A stretch of 64,000 nucleotides of DNA from Phascolarctobacterium sp. (GTDB taxonomy: Bacteria > Bacillota > Negativicutes > Acidaminococcales > Acidaminococcaceae). The stretch spans positions 5,137 to 69,136 of the forward strand of contig NZ_JBGVLF010000041.1 of the NCBI RefSeq assembly GCF_045124115.1. Direction: 5' to 3'. How positions within the stretch are numbered: the stretch's first letter is position 1; each line of letters starts with the position of its first letter. A program made the translations under genes and the position numbers. Below are positions 17,761 through 27,473 of this stretch, piece by piece. The notes below the pieces were generated by a model. It was not told where the DNA came from, ran no database searches, and saw nothing but the letters and a program-made list of their open reading frames with translations.

Positions 17761-20700
17761 ATGTCTATAAGAGAAATTATGACTACTAAATACTGTATCA
17801 TACCTGACGAAGAAAAACTTTATACTTTTTTATCCGGTCAGCAGTTTACTCCTGGGGAACTGATGCAGTTGCGTTTGCTGCATATTTCCCAAATCTGCGT
17901 GGACGAATCTGCCTGCAATTGGGAGGTACACTTTACTTGCGCTGCTCACTTGACCCCCGGTATTTTGGAAACTATGGCTGCCAGACTGGCGGAAGCATTT
18001 GCTTTGGCGCATGTGGACATGGTCTGCGACGGTGACGGTTTTTCCTGCCAACTGCCGGAAGCAGGGCCCAAGGTGGAGATTACGGAATGCGATGGTACAC
18101 CTTTGCCTCCTGAGCCGCCCCTGCCGCCGGAGGAACCCACAATTGACGATTTAGAAGGCCCGTTGGGCCCTTGTGACTATCCGCCACCGGAGATGGCAAG
18201 CGAGCCTGCCTATGATGCTGCCTACATGGAAGCATATAATGCTCTTTATGGCCAAAAGAAGGACAATGGACTTTTGTGGGGCAAAAATATTAAGGGTAGT
18301 AAAATTCGTCCCATTGAAACATTGTTGGAAGAAGAAAACAGGGTAATTATCGAGGGTACTTACGTCAAAAGTCTTGATAAAGACAGCGAACTGCAGCCTT
18401 TTATTGAGCGCGAAACCAAGACAGGCAGCGTAATCCTGACCTTTAATATTAGCGATGATACCAACGGTATTTTTGTTAAGATGCGTTTCCAAGATGACAA
18501 GGCATCGGAAACCAAGGCTGCCGATGAGTGCAGAGCCTTTAAAAAGAAGTTGAAATTGGGCATGCGCCTACGTATCCAAGGCAATGTTGCTCCCGACCGT
18601 TTTGCTTTCGACGAAATGACCATGACGCCTACGGGCATCATGAAGCTGGATGACCAGGAAAAACGCATGGATAATGCGCCTGAAAAGCGTGTAGAGCTCC
18701 ACTGCCATACTAAGATGAGCAAGATGGACGGTCTAACTCCCATGAAAGAGTTGGTTAAGCAGGCCATACGCTGGGGACACAAGGCTTTGGCCATTACGGA
18801 CCACGGCGTAGTGCAGGCGTTCCCCTTCTGTTTCGATGCTGCCGAAGAAGAAAAAAGCGATATTAAGCTTATCTTTGGCATGGAAGGCTATTTAATCAGT
18901 GACCGCCAACAGAAAGGCGCGGACGTGGAGCAGGAGTCCGGCGATACCATTAAAAAGACTCGTGCTGCGAAAATTCGTAGCAACCATATTATCCTTTTGG
19001 CTAAAAATGAAGCTGGTCTGCGTAATCTATACAAGCTTGTCACCATCAGCCATCTGCGTTACCTCAACAAGCGCCCTTTACTGCCTAGGGAGGTTATCAA
19101 AGAATATCGTGAAGGCTTGATCATCGGTTCTGCCTGCGAAGCGGGTGAACTGTATCAGGCTGTACGCGGTGGCGCCAGCGATGCGGAATTGGAAGAAATC
19201 GCTAGCTTCTACGATTATTTGGAAATCCAGCCTACGGGTAATAATATGTTTTTAGTGCGGGAGAACATCTGCACTTTGGCAGATTTACAGGAGCATAACC
19301 GTAAGATTTACGAATTAGGCAAGCGTATGGGGAAATTGGTAGTAGCTACCTGCGACGTCCATTTCCTCAACCCGGAGGATGCACTGCTGCGGGCTATCCT
19401 GCAGGCAGGGCAGAACTACAAGGATGCAGATCTGCAGCCACCCTTATACCTCCATACTACGGAAGAAATGTTGGAAGAGTTCGCCTATCTGGGAGAAGAA
19501 GCAGCCTACGAAGTAGTTGTTACCAATACCAATAAGATTGCGGATATGGTGGAGCGCTTTAAGCCTGTGCCTGACCGCGACCAATTATATTCTCCTACCA
19601 TCCCCGGTGCGGAGGATGCTGTACGCAACCTGTCTTATACCAAAGCCCACGAGTGGTATGGCGAAACTTTGCCGGAAGTAGTAGAAGAACGTTTGAAGAT
19701 GGAATTGGACTCCATTATCGGCAACGGTTTCTCCGTACTGTACTACATCGCACACAAATTGGTTAAGCACTCCTTGGATAGAGGCTACTTAGTTGGCTCC
19801 CGTGGCAGCGTTGGTTCGTCCTTCGTAGCGACCATGCTGGAGATTACGGAAGTTAACGCTTTACCGCCCCATTATCGCTGTCCCAAATGCAAGCACAGCG
19901 AGTTCTTCCTGAAGAATGAAGTGGATAGCGGTTTCGATTTGCCGCCGAAAGATTGTCCTAAATGCGGTACGCCGATGATTCGCGACGGACACGAAATACC
20001 TTTTGCCGTTTTCCTGGGCTTTAAAGGCGATAAGGTTCCTGATATCGACTTGAACTTCTCCGGTGGTATCGACCCTGATGATCCTTCCGCTATGTCCGAC
20101 CAATCCGTGGCGCACAAGTATACGGAAGAATTGTTCGGTAGGGACAATGTGTGCCGTGCAGGTACCATTGCTACCATTGCTAATAAAACTGCTATTGGCT
20201 ATATTCGCAAGTATTACGAGGAAAAGAATCAGCACGCCCATCCTGCGCGCATTGCAGCGCTGGTAGAAGGCTTTGCGGGGATTAAACGTACCACAGGCCA
20301 GCATCCAGGCGGTATCATGGTTGTGCCGCGTAATATGGATATCCATTACATTACGCCTATGAACCGTCCTGCCGACGACAAAACGGCGGACACCATCACT
20401 ACCCACTACGATTATCACAGCATTAACGACCGTCTTGTTAAGCTGGATATTCTTGGTCACGATGATCCCATGGTTTTGAAGATGCTGGAAAAATATATGC
20501 AGGAAAACGAGGATCCTAATTTCAATCCTAAGGAAATTCCTGTAGGCGATGAAGAGACCATGCGGATTTTCCAAAATACTTCTTCCTTAGGCGTAACTCC
20601 TGAGCAAATTTATAGCGACGTAGGCACCTTTGGCATTCCGGAATGTGGTACGACCTTTGTACGCCAGATGATTAAGGATGTACAGCCCAAGAAGTTTAGC

Positions 20701-21519
20701 GAGGTTGTCCGTGTTTCCGGTTATTCCCATGGTACTGACGTGTGGTTGAATAACGCCCAAGATTTGATTAAAGAAGGCAAGCCTGTTGCGGAGACTATCT
20801 CTACCCGTGACGATATTATGACTTACCTGATTAGTAAAGGCGTGGAGCCTAGTTTGGCGTTTAAAACTATGGAGCACGTGCGTAAGGGTAAAGCTGCTAA
20901 GAAAGGCTTGGAGCCCCAAATGCGTGAGGCGATGAAGGCTGCTAATCTGCCTGAGTGGTATATGCAGTCCTGTGAAAAGGTGCAGTACCTGTTCCCTAAA
21001 GCTCATGCGGTGGCCTATGTATTGATGGCATATCGTATTGCTTATTGTAAAGTGCATTATCCACGGGAATTCTACGCTGCCTACTTCACAGTACGCGCTA
21101 AGGATTTTGACTATGCCAACGTAGTTAAAGGTTTGCCTTACGTAAAGAATTATCTTAAAAATGTGTATGCCCAAGGTTTTCGTGCTACGGTGCAGGAAAA
21201 ATCCACGGCTACCTATTTGGAGCTTGCCAATGAGATGATGGAACGTGGCTTAATCTTTAGCAAGATGGATTTATACGAATCCGACCCGATCAAGTTCAAG
21301 GTAGTGGAGGGTGGCTTGCTGCCGCCTTTGGCTTCTTTGGGCGGTGTGGGTGAAAGCGCGGCGAAGGCTATTGCTGCAGTCCGGGATAAGGAACATCCCT
21401 TTATTTCCCAAGAGGATCTCAAGCAGCGGGCGGGCATCAGTCGCGCTGTTATTGAAAAACTGGCAGAGATTGGTGTCCTCGGCGATTTACCTGAGTCCAG
21501 CCAGACTTCGTTGTTCTAA
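17761..21519 (+). CDS. polC: DNA polymerase III PolC-type alpha subunit, apparently lacking the 3'-5' exonuclease insert
   Basis: PolC N-domain and OB fold are present. PHP motifs ELHCHTKMSKMDG and ITDHGVVQAF, Zn module CPKCKH..CPKCG, catalytic PDIDLNFSG, C-terminal HhH region. 1252 aa from ATG 17761. Confidence 0.93.
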   Translation: MSIREIMTTKYCIIPDEEKLYTFLSGQQFTPGELMQLRLLHISQICVDESACNWEVHFTCAAHLTPGILETMAARLAEAFALAHVDMVCDGDGFSCQLPEAGPKVEITECDGTPLPPEPPLPPEEPTIDDLEGPLGPCDYPPPEMASEPAYDAAYMEAYNALYGQKKDNGLLWGKNIKGSKIRPIETLLEEENRVIIEGTYVKSLDKDSELQPFIERETKTGSVILTFNISDDTNGIFVKMRFQDDKASETKAADECRAFKKKLKLGMRLRIQGNVAPDRFAFDEMTMTPTGIMKLDDQEKRMDNAPEKRVELHCHTKMSKMDGLTPMKELVKQAIRWGHKALAITDHGVVQAFPFCFDAAEEEKSDIKLIFGMEGYLISDRQQKGADVEQESGDTIKKTRAAKIRSNHIILLAKNEAGLRNLYKLVTISHLRYLNKRPLLPREVIKEYREGLIIGSACEAGELYQAVRGGASDAELEEIASFYDYLEIQPTGNNMFLVRENICTLADLQEHNRKIYELGKRMGKLVVATCDVHFLNPEDALLRAILQAGQNYKDADLQPPLYLHTTEEMLEEFAYLGEEAAYEVVVTNTNKIADMVERFKPVPDRDQLYSPTIPGAEDAVRNLSYTKAHEWYGETLPEVVEERLKMELDSIIGNGFSVLYYIAHKLVKHSLDRGYLVGSRGSVGSSFVATMLEITEVNALPPHYRCPKCKHSEFFLKNEVDSGFDLPPKDCPKCGTPMIRDGHEIPFAVFLGFKGDKVPDIDLNFSGGIDPDDPSAMSDQSVAHKYTEELFGRDNVCRAGTIATIANKTAIGYIRKYYEEKNQHAHPARIAALVEGFAGIKRTTGQHPGGIMVVPRNMDIHYITPMNRPADDKTADTITTHYDYHSINDRLVKLDILGHDDPMVLKMLEKYMQENEDPNFNPKEIPVGDEETMRIFQNTSSLGVTPEQIYSDVGTFGIPECGTTFVRQMIKDVQPKKFSEVVRVSGYSHGTDVWLNNAQDLIKEGKPVAETISTRDDIMTYLISKGVEPSLAFKTMEHVRKGKAAKKGLEPQMREAMKAANLPEWYMQSCEKVQYLFPKAHAVAYVLMAYRIAYCKVHYPREFYAAYFTVRAKDFDYANVVKGLPYVKNYLKNVYAQGFRATVQEKSTATYLELANEMMERGLIFSKMDLYESDPIKFKVVEGGLLPPLASLGGVGESAAKAIAAVRDKEHPFISQEDLKQRAGISRAVIEKLAEIGVLGDLPESSQTSLF

Positions 21520-21568
21520 AAAAGTTAATAGGGGAGAAAGCTTTTGTCAAGCTTTCTTCCGCATGTAA

Positions 21569-21602
21569 AAAATCCCCCGTCATTGATTTGACGGGGGATT
21601 TT
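21569..21602. terminator. Bidirectional intrinsic terminator (polC / Rpn-like gene)
   Basis: AAAATCCCCCGTCA-TTGATT-TGACGGGGGATTTT. Confidence 0.8.
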
Positions 21603-21614
21603 TGCTGTAAGTTC

Positions 21615-22466
21615 TTACATAACAAGGGTTGTGTTCAGACTTTTTGCCAGTTCTTGTAGTTTTTCCAAAGACAGCTTGCTGTATTTGATAATCATGCTCG
21701 CAGGCAGACCATCTTTAATCATATCCGTAGCGGTGGAAATGTTGGCTTCCGCTTTGCCTTGATTTTTTGCAATTTCTAATATACCTGCCATATTCTCATC
21801 CTCCTTGCATAATTCATTAAATTGTATGGGATTTGCGCTACTACAAATGTTTACCAAAACTTCAAAATTATATTTTTCTCTTTTATTGGTGAGCTTAAAA
21901 ATCGAGTTAAGCAACAACTTGACGTCTTCTTTATCTACGTTTTTAGAAAGAATTCTCAATGGACTGTGCTCTGATGGTCGCAAGTTTTTAGAAACTATAA
22001 TTTGAATGGGGAATGGATATGAACCTCTAATTTGGAAGATTCCCGGAGCACTCTCGCCAATAATAGCGTTCTCTTCTTTAAGTCGTTTGAAAAGTTCTCG
22101 TGGAAAAGCTTCTTGTACTAACGAAACGGTAATTTCAGTAGCTGGGATTTCATTAGTTTTGCGACCGATGCTTTTATAGAGTCCGGCATAGGAGAGAACT
22201 TTGTAAAAATCATCTATGGTCAAGTTGTCGCCGGGACTTTTGTATTCCCAAATGTTGTACTTGCGAAATATTTTTCCAATCTCATTGCGAAGCACTCTGC
22301 CGTCCAATTTTTTGATGATACACAAGTCGATACTAAGCGGTTCTTTGCTAAGCTTATATTCTGGATTGAATTCCAAAATATCTGCATCCTCTCTAAACTC
22401 TAGCTCTGTAGCACTGCAGAATGGAGGATGCCAATGGATCTTTTCTTCTTTTTGTTTCTTTGCCAA
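21615..22466 (-). CDS. PD-(D/E)XK nuclease-like / Rpn (recombination-promoting nuclease)-like protein
   Basis: 283 aa, visibly AT-rich. IDLCIIKK...NIWEYKSP resembles a D..E.K nuclease core. C-terminal IKDGLPASMIIKYSKLSLEKLQEL resembles the Rpn C-terminal helix. By eye only. Confidence 0.45.
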   Translation of the reverse strand: MAKKQKEEKIHWHPPFCSATELEFREDADILEFNPEYKLSKEPLSIDLCIIKKLDGRVLRNEIGKIFRKYNIWEYKSPGDNLTIDDFYKVLSYAGLYKSIGRKTNEIPATEITVSLVQEAFPRELFKRLKEENAIIGESAPGIFQIRGSYPFPIQIIVSKNLRPSEHSPLRILSKNVDKEDVKLLLNSIFKLTNKREKYNFEVLVNICSSANPIQFNELCKEDENMAGILEIAKNQGKAEANISTATDMIKDGLPASMIIKYSKLSLEKLQELAKSLNTTLVM

Positions 22467-22814
22467 TAATATCAGTCCTTTCTTTGGGATTTGGATGATA
22501 CTATTGACTGCTACTTATCTAAGCGTAGGTATGCAATAGAACCATCCGATAAAGGTGGATAAAGTTACTACTACAGTGGCGTTCAAGACAAAGCTTTAAT
22601 CATCGCATGCCTGCGGATGAACCACCCAGCTGCTAGCTAAAATGTAGCTAGCGCTGGCTCCTACTATTTAGATGTATAGCAATTTTTTAAAAAGATTGCC
22701 GGATGAGCGAAGCTATTCGCTTATCACTTTTATTATAGCACAAATAAGGGAAGAGGATGGGAAAATATTTACAACGAGAAAAGCTAGATGCAAAGGACGT
22801 TTAGCTTTGGATGT

Positions 22815-22862
22815 TTACATAACAAGGGGTGTGTTTAGGCTTCTTACCAATTTCTGGAGTTT
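22815..22862 (-). pseudogene. Remnant of the 3' end of a paralog of the 21615-22466 gene
   Basis: TTACATAACAAGGGGTGTGTTTAGGCTTCTTACCAATTTCTGGAGTTT aligns with 21614-21661 at roughly four-fifths identity by eye. It translates to ...LQKLVRSLNTPLVM* versus ...LQELAKSLNTTLVM*. Confidence 0.5.
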
Positions 22863-22967
22863 ATTATTGATGTGTACGAAAAATGGAAGGAAAATTTTAT
22901 AAATATGTTTCAATCTTTACGGTTTCGCAAGACTCGCTGACAATAATCTTAATTTAAACTGAATGTC

Positions 22968-22995
22968 TTGCGTGGGGGTACAGAAGTGCTATAAT
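22968..22995 (+). promoter_or_regulatory. Promoter of the second autotransporter
   Basis: TTGCGT, 16-nt spacer, TGCTATAAT (extended -10). Confidence 0.5.
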
Positions 22996-23130
22996 AAACG
23001 CAAGAAGTGTTGTAAAATTTAGATAAATTTGCAATGCTTTTAGTAGCATCAGTATATGTGAATGTTATAGCTTGCTGTTATAGTAAAACATATACGCAAC
23101 TCTTAATTTTATGAAAGGTTGGGATGATCT

Positions 23131-25359
23131 ATGAAAAGGAAAATGTTGAAACGCAGTTTGGCATTGGGAGCTTTAATGGCGTTTGCGATTACCGGGAGCG
23201 CAATGGCAAAGGAAGTTTCTTTTAATGAAGGTGTTTTTCTTGATGCAGACTATTCTGCTTTAGGTAATTATGCCAGATTTAATGAAGCTATTAAGGGAGA
23301 CGATGTAGAGAAAATTGATATAACTAATACCGATACAACTAGGGTGAAAGCTCCTGGTGTAGGCATTTGGGGACGTCATGGAGCAGACAACGAGACTATT
23401 AATATAATTAAGCCTAATGCTGATTTAAATGTTGTTGCTGAATCATATGGTATTGCTTTCGTATCTAATTCAAGCATAAATGTAAAAAATTTAGATGTTA
23501 AATCAAAAGATAATGCAATCCACATTGACAACGGTAAAGCGACAATAGTAGCAAACAATGTTAATTTGCAATCACAAACAAGAGGCATCCTCGTTATGAC
23601 TAGTAATCCTAGTGATGGATTGGCTGGTGATTTAAACTTAACTGTTAAAGAGTCTTTAACAATTAATAGTGATGAGCATAGTTTGCGTGTCGGGACTGGC
23701 AATTTAACTATTGATGCTAGCAATGCGGATGTAACAATCACTTCTAAAAACGAAACTGCTATGAAAACCAGTGGGACTTCTGCAGAGGATGGAAAAATTG
23801 GTATTACTTCCAAAAATTTAACAGTAAATGGTGTAGTTTATGCTGATAAGGGTACTATTGCCTTAGAAGCTACCAATTTGATGAAATTAAGCAGCAATAC
23901 CTACGATGCAAATGCCCTAAAGGTTGATAGTGGTTCTGTTATCAAATTAGCCGGAGCATCTACAATGCAAATTAACGGTGACGTAGAAGCAACAGGTACT
24001 CTTGAGGGTCTGAATTTGGTAGGTAGTGATTCTCATTTGAATGGTAAAATCATTGCCGGTATAGATGCTCCTGTTGCCTTCTCTGATAGCGCATTTTGGA
24101 ATAACAGCGGTGCAAGTCATGTTAGCAAACTTACCGGTACTAACGCTGTGATTAATCAAAAATCTTCTGAAAGTATTATTGCAGGTGAATTTAATGGTGA
24201 TGCTACTGTTACATTCACTAACAGCGGCAAGTTTTTGATGGATAAAGGCGAGGGTACTTTAAGGCTTGCTATGGACACCGAATCCGACCTTGAAAAAATT
24301 GCAGAACATATTGGCAGAAAAGATGCTGATGTTGATGTTAAAGCAACTATCATCAGAGCAGAAGGAATCGTTGAAGGGGAGACTGTTGTAGAAGTTGGCT
24401 ATGATAACAATACCACTAATGTTGTCCTTGATAATGCTGGGGCTACAGCTGACTACTATCTTGGTACCGTTGCAAAAGTAGTTTCTAAGGAAAACACCAC
24501 TAACGCAGGTATTGCGGACATGGCAGCTTTGGGCTTGGGCGCATGGCGCGCAGACAACGACACTCTTATGAAACGTATGGGCGAATTGCGTAATGCTAAC
24601 GGCGAGCAAGGTACTTGGGCTCGTATGACCCGTAGGGAAAGCGAATATGGTGCAGCCAATATGCAGGATAATACCTACAGCGTAGGCTATGACCAAAAAG
24701 TTGCTGATGACTGGACTGTCGGCGCAGCCATTACCTATAAAGATGGCTCCGCAAGCTTTGCGAAAGGCAGTGCAGACATCGAACAAAAAGGTATCGCTTT
24801 CTATGGTACAAAACTGAACGAAAATGGTAGCTATATCGATATCGTTGCTAAGTATACCAATCTGGACAATGACTATACTGTAAATGGTGGCATCGGCAGT
24901 GGCGATTATGATGCTGATGCCTACAGCCTGAGTGCAGAATACGGCAAACGCTTTACTCAAGACAATGGCTTCTGGGTAGAACCTCAAGCAGAGTTGACCT
25001 ATGGTCATGTTGGCAGTGCTTCCTACACTACCGCAGCAGGCAAAGCAGCTCAAGACAGCTTTGATAGCTTCGTTGGCCGCGTAGGCGTATTGCTGGGCAA
25101 AGATGTGGCTGCAGGCAATGTATACGCAAAAGCTTCCTACCTGTATGACTTCGACGGTGAAGCATCCATGAGCTTCAGCGACGGCAAGATTACCAAGACC
25201 GTTGAAGACGATCTCGGTGGCGGTTGGTTCGAAGTTGGCGTTGGTACCAACATCAACTTGAGTAAAGCAACTTACGTATATGCAGACGTAGAGAAGACCT
25301 TCGGTGGCGACGTAGACACCAAATGGCAATGGAATTTGGGCGTACGTTACAGCTTCTAA
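23131..25359 (+). CDS. Type Va autotransporter (intact)
   Basis: Signal peptide MKRKMLKRSLALGALMAFAITGSAMA. Beta-helix-like passenger rich in N/T/G/S. C-terminal beta-barrel ends WQWNLGVRYSF. Confidence 0.85.
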   Translation: MKRKMLKRSLALGALMAFAITGSAMAKEVSFNEGVFLDADYSALGNYARFNEAIKGDDVEKIDITNTDTTRVKAPGVGIWGRHGADNETINIIKPNADLNVVAESYGIAFVSNSSINVKNLDVKSKDNAIHIDNGKATIVANNVNLQSQTRGILVMTSNPSDGLAGDLNLTVKESLTINSDEHSLRVGTGNLTIDASNADVTITSKNETAMKTSGTSAEDGKIGITSKNLTVNGVVYADKGTIALEATNLMKLSSNTYDANALKVDSGSVIKLAGASTMQINGDVEATGTLEGLNLVGSDSHLNGKIIAGIDAPVAFSDSAFWNNSGASHVSKLTGTNAVINQKSSESIIAGEFNGDATVTFTNSGKFLMDKGEGTLRLAMDTESDLEKIAEHIGRKDADVDVKATIIRAEGIVEGETVVEVGYDNNTTNVVLDNAGATADYYLGTVAKVVSKENTTNAGIADMAALGLGAWRADNDTLMKRMGELRNANGEQGTWARMTRRESEYGAANMQDNTYSVGYDQKVADDWTVGAAITYKDGSASFAKGSADIEQKGIAFYGTKLNENGSYIDIVAKYTNLDNDYTVNGGIGSGDYDADAYSLSAEYGKRFTQDNGFWVEPQAELTYGHVGSASYTTAAGKAAQDSFDSFVGRVGVLLGKDVAAGNVYAKASYLYDFDGEASMSFSDGKITKTVEDDLGGGWFEVGVGTNINLSKATYVYADVEKTFGGDVDTKWQWNLGVRYSF

Positions 25360-25402
25360 TGTAGTCCAGCCTTTCTGATAGTTCCCAGCTATCAGAGTAC
25401 TA

Positions 25403-25434
25403 GCGGGGTGAGTTAATGCTCACCTCGCTTTTTT
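25403..25434 (+). terminator. Intrinsic terminator after autotransporter 2
   Basis: GCGGGGTGAG-TTAATG-CTCACCTCGC followed by TTTTTT. Confidence 0.8.
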
Positions 25435-25440
25435 GCGCAC

Positions 25441-25469
25441 GTAAAAAAGCCCCCGTCATTGACGGGGGC
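25441..25469 (-). terminator. Intrinsic terminator after ilvD
   Basis: GCCCCCGTC-ATT-GACGGGGGC, with a T-run on the minus strand. Confidence 0.75.
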
Positions 25470-25491
25470 GTTGAACTTTAGTTAGTAGTTT

Positions 25492-27168
25492 TTAGTTTTG
25501 GCCGGGAACTTTCAGTACAGCACCGGTAGCAGCGGAAGAAACGAGAGCTGCGTAGCGTGCCAGGTAACCGGATTTAACTTTCGGTTCAGGGCAAACCCAT
25601 TTAGCACGGCGTTCCGCCAGTTCTTCATCGCTGAGCTTAACGTTCAGGGTACGTGCCGGAATATCGATTTCGATAATATCGCCATTTTCAATCAGAGCGA
25701 TGTTACCGCCTTCGCGTGCTTCTGGAGAAATGTGGCCGATGCAGGCACCGCGGGTAGCACCGGAGAAACGACCGTCGGTGAGCAGGGCAACGTCTTTATC
25801 ATGGCCCATGCCTGCCAATACGGAAGTGGGGTTGAGCATTTCGCGCATGCCGGGGCCGCCTTTAGGACCTTCGTAGCGGATAACTACAACGTCACCGGAT
25901 TGAACTTCTTTAGCGCAGATAGCAGCGATTGCTTCATCTTCGCTGTTGTAAACTTTAGCAGGACCGCTGAATACCTTCATGGAAGGATCTACTGCGGACT
26001 CTTTAACAACGGAGCATTCGGGAGCGATGTTGCCCTTCAGAACAGCGATACCGCCAGTCTTGTTGTAGGGGTTCTCAATGCTGTGAATAACGTCAGGACG
26101 TTGGATTTCAGCGCCATCGATGATTTCACCAACAGTTTTGCCGCTAACAGTGATGCAGTCTTTGTTGATGATGTTCAGACGATCCAGTTCGTGCATAACT
26201 GCGGGGATGCCGCCTGCTTCGTTCAAATCGATAATGTGGTGGGTGCCGCCGGGGCTCAGTTTGGTCAGATAGGGAGTGTGTTTGGAGATTTCGTCAAACA
26301 GTTCCAAGGGCAGTTCCAAACCTGCTTCGTGAGCAATTGCAGGCAGATGCAGTGCGGTGTTGGAAGAACCGCCGATAGCCATATCTACAGTGATAGCATT
26401 TTTGAATGCTTCCATAGTCATAATGTCGCGAGGGCATTTGTTTTCAGCAACCAGTTTCATAACTGCCATGCCGGCGTGTTTAGCTAAAGCAATACGTTTG
26501 CCGTTGTAGGCAGCGGGGATGGTGCCGTTGCCGGGCAGACCCATGCCCAATACTTCAGTCAGGCAGTTCATGGTATTAGCAGTGAACAGGCCGGAGCAGC
26601 TGCCGCAGCCGGGGCAAGCGCAATGTTCGATTTCGCTCAGTTGGCAAGCATCGATTTGACCGGATTCAAAACGGCCTGCAGCTTCGAATACGGTGGATAC
26701 GCTGATATCCTTGCCATGGAGACGGCCGGGGAGCATAGGACCACCGCTAACAACTACAGCAGGGATGTTCAGACGAGCAGCTGCCATGAGCATGCCGGGA
26801 ACAATCTTGTCGCAGTTAGGAATCAAAACCAAGCCGTCGAAAGCGTGGCCGTTAGCAACAGCTTCGATGCTGTCGGCAACCAGTTCGCGGCTAGCCAGAG
26901 GATATTTCATACCGTCATGGCCCATAGCGATGCCGTCGCAAATGCCGATTGCGGGGAACTCGATGGGAGTACCGCCTGCTTCCAATACGCCATATTTAGC
27001 AGCTTGAGCAATGGTGTCCAGGTGCATGTGGCCGGGGATGATTTCGTTGGCGGCACAGCAGATGCCAATTAACGGTTTTTGTAATTCTTCTTCAGTATAA
27101 CCCATCGCATAGAACAAGGAGCGATGAGCTGCGCGGGTAGAACCCTTTTTAACTTCGATACTGCGCAT
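25492..27168 (-). CDS. ilvD: Dihydroxy-acid dehydratase
   Basis: [18 protein letters not shown]..., [25 protein letters not shown] 27168 follows AAAGAGG; the track ORF has a 12-codon extension. Confidence 0.94.
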   Translation of the reverse strand: MRSIEVKKGSTRAAHRSLFYAMGYTEEELQKPLIGICCAANEIIPGHMHLDTIAQAAKYGVLEAGGTPIEFPAIGICDGIAMGHDGMKYPLASRELVADSIEAVANGHAFDGLVLIPNCDKIVPGMLMAAARLNIPAVVVSGGPMLPGRLHGKDISVSTVFEAAGRFESGQIDACQLSEIEHCACPGCGSCSGLFTANTMNCLTEVLGMGLPGNGTIPAAYNGKRIALAKHAGMAVMKLVAENKCPRDIMTMEAFKNAITVDMAIGGSSNTALHLPAIAHEAGLELPLELFDEISKHTPYLTKLSPGGTHHIIDLNEAGGIPAVMHELDRLNIINKDCITVSGKTVGEIIDGAEIQRPDVIHSIENPYNKTGGIAVLKGNIAPECSVVKESAVDPSMKVFSGPAKVYNSEDEAIAAICAKEVQSGDVVVIRYEGPKGGPGMREMLNPTSVLAGMGHDKDVALLTDGRFSGATRGACIGHISPEAREGGNIALIENGDIIEIDIPARTLNVKLSDEELAERRAKWVCPEPKVKSGYLARYAALVSSAATGAVLKVPGQN

Positions 27169-27239
27169 AGTGTATACCTCTTTCCCTTTATAAAATATAA
27201 ACATATATAAAATTGGAACCTAAAAAGGTTACTCATAAA

Positions 27240-27268
27240 ATTTTACATTTTTTGTGTTCAAAAGTCAA
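27240..27268 (-). promoter_or_regulatory. ilvD promoter
   Basis: Minus strand reads TTGACT, 17-nt spacer, TAAAAT. Confidence 0.5.
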
Positions 27269-27473
27269 CTTTTTACACAGGAGAATGTAAATTTTACTAA
27301 AAATGCCGGGATAATTGCTTTCTTTAGTAACAAACTTTACAGCTAGAAAGTTTCCAAAGAATTCACTAGGAGATGTGCTTGGGATGCTGTATAATTATAG
27401 ATGAAAGATAACCGCGGTCTTTGTTTTCGCAAGCTAACCAAGGCTGGGGAATTTACCGTAGGAGGTAGTATAA

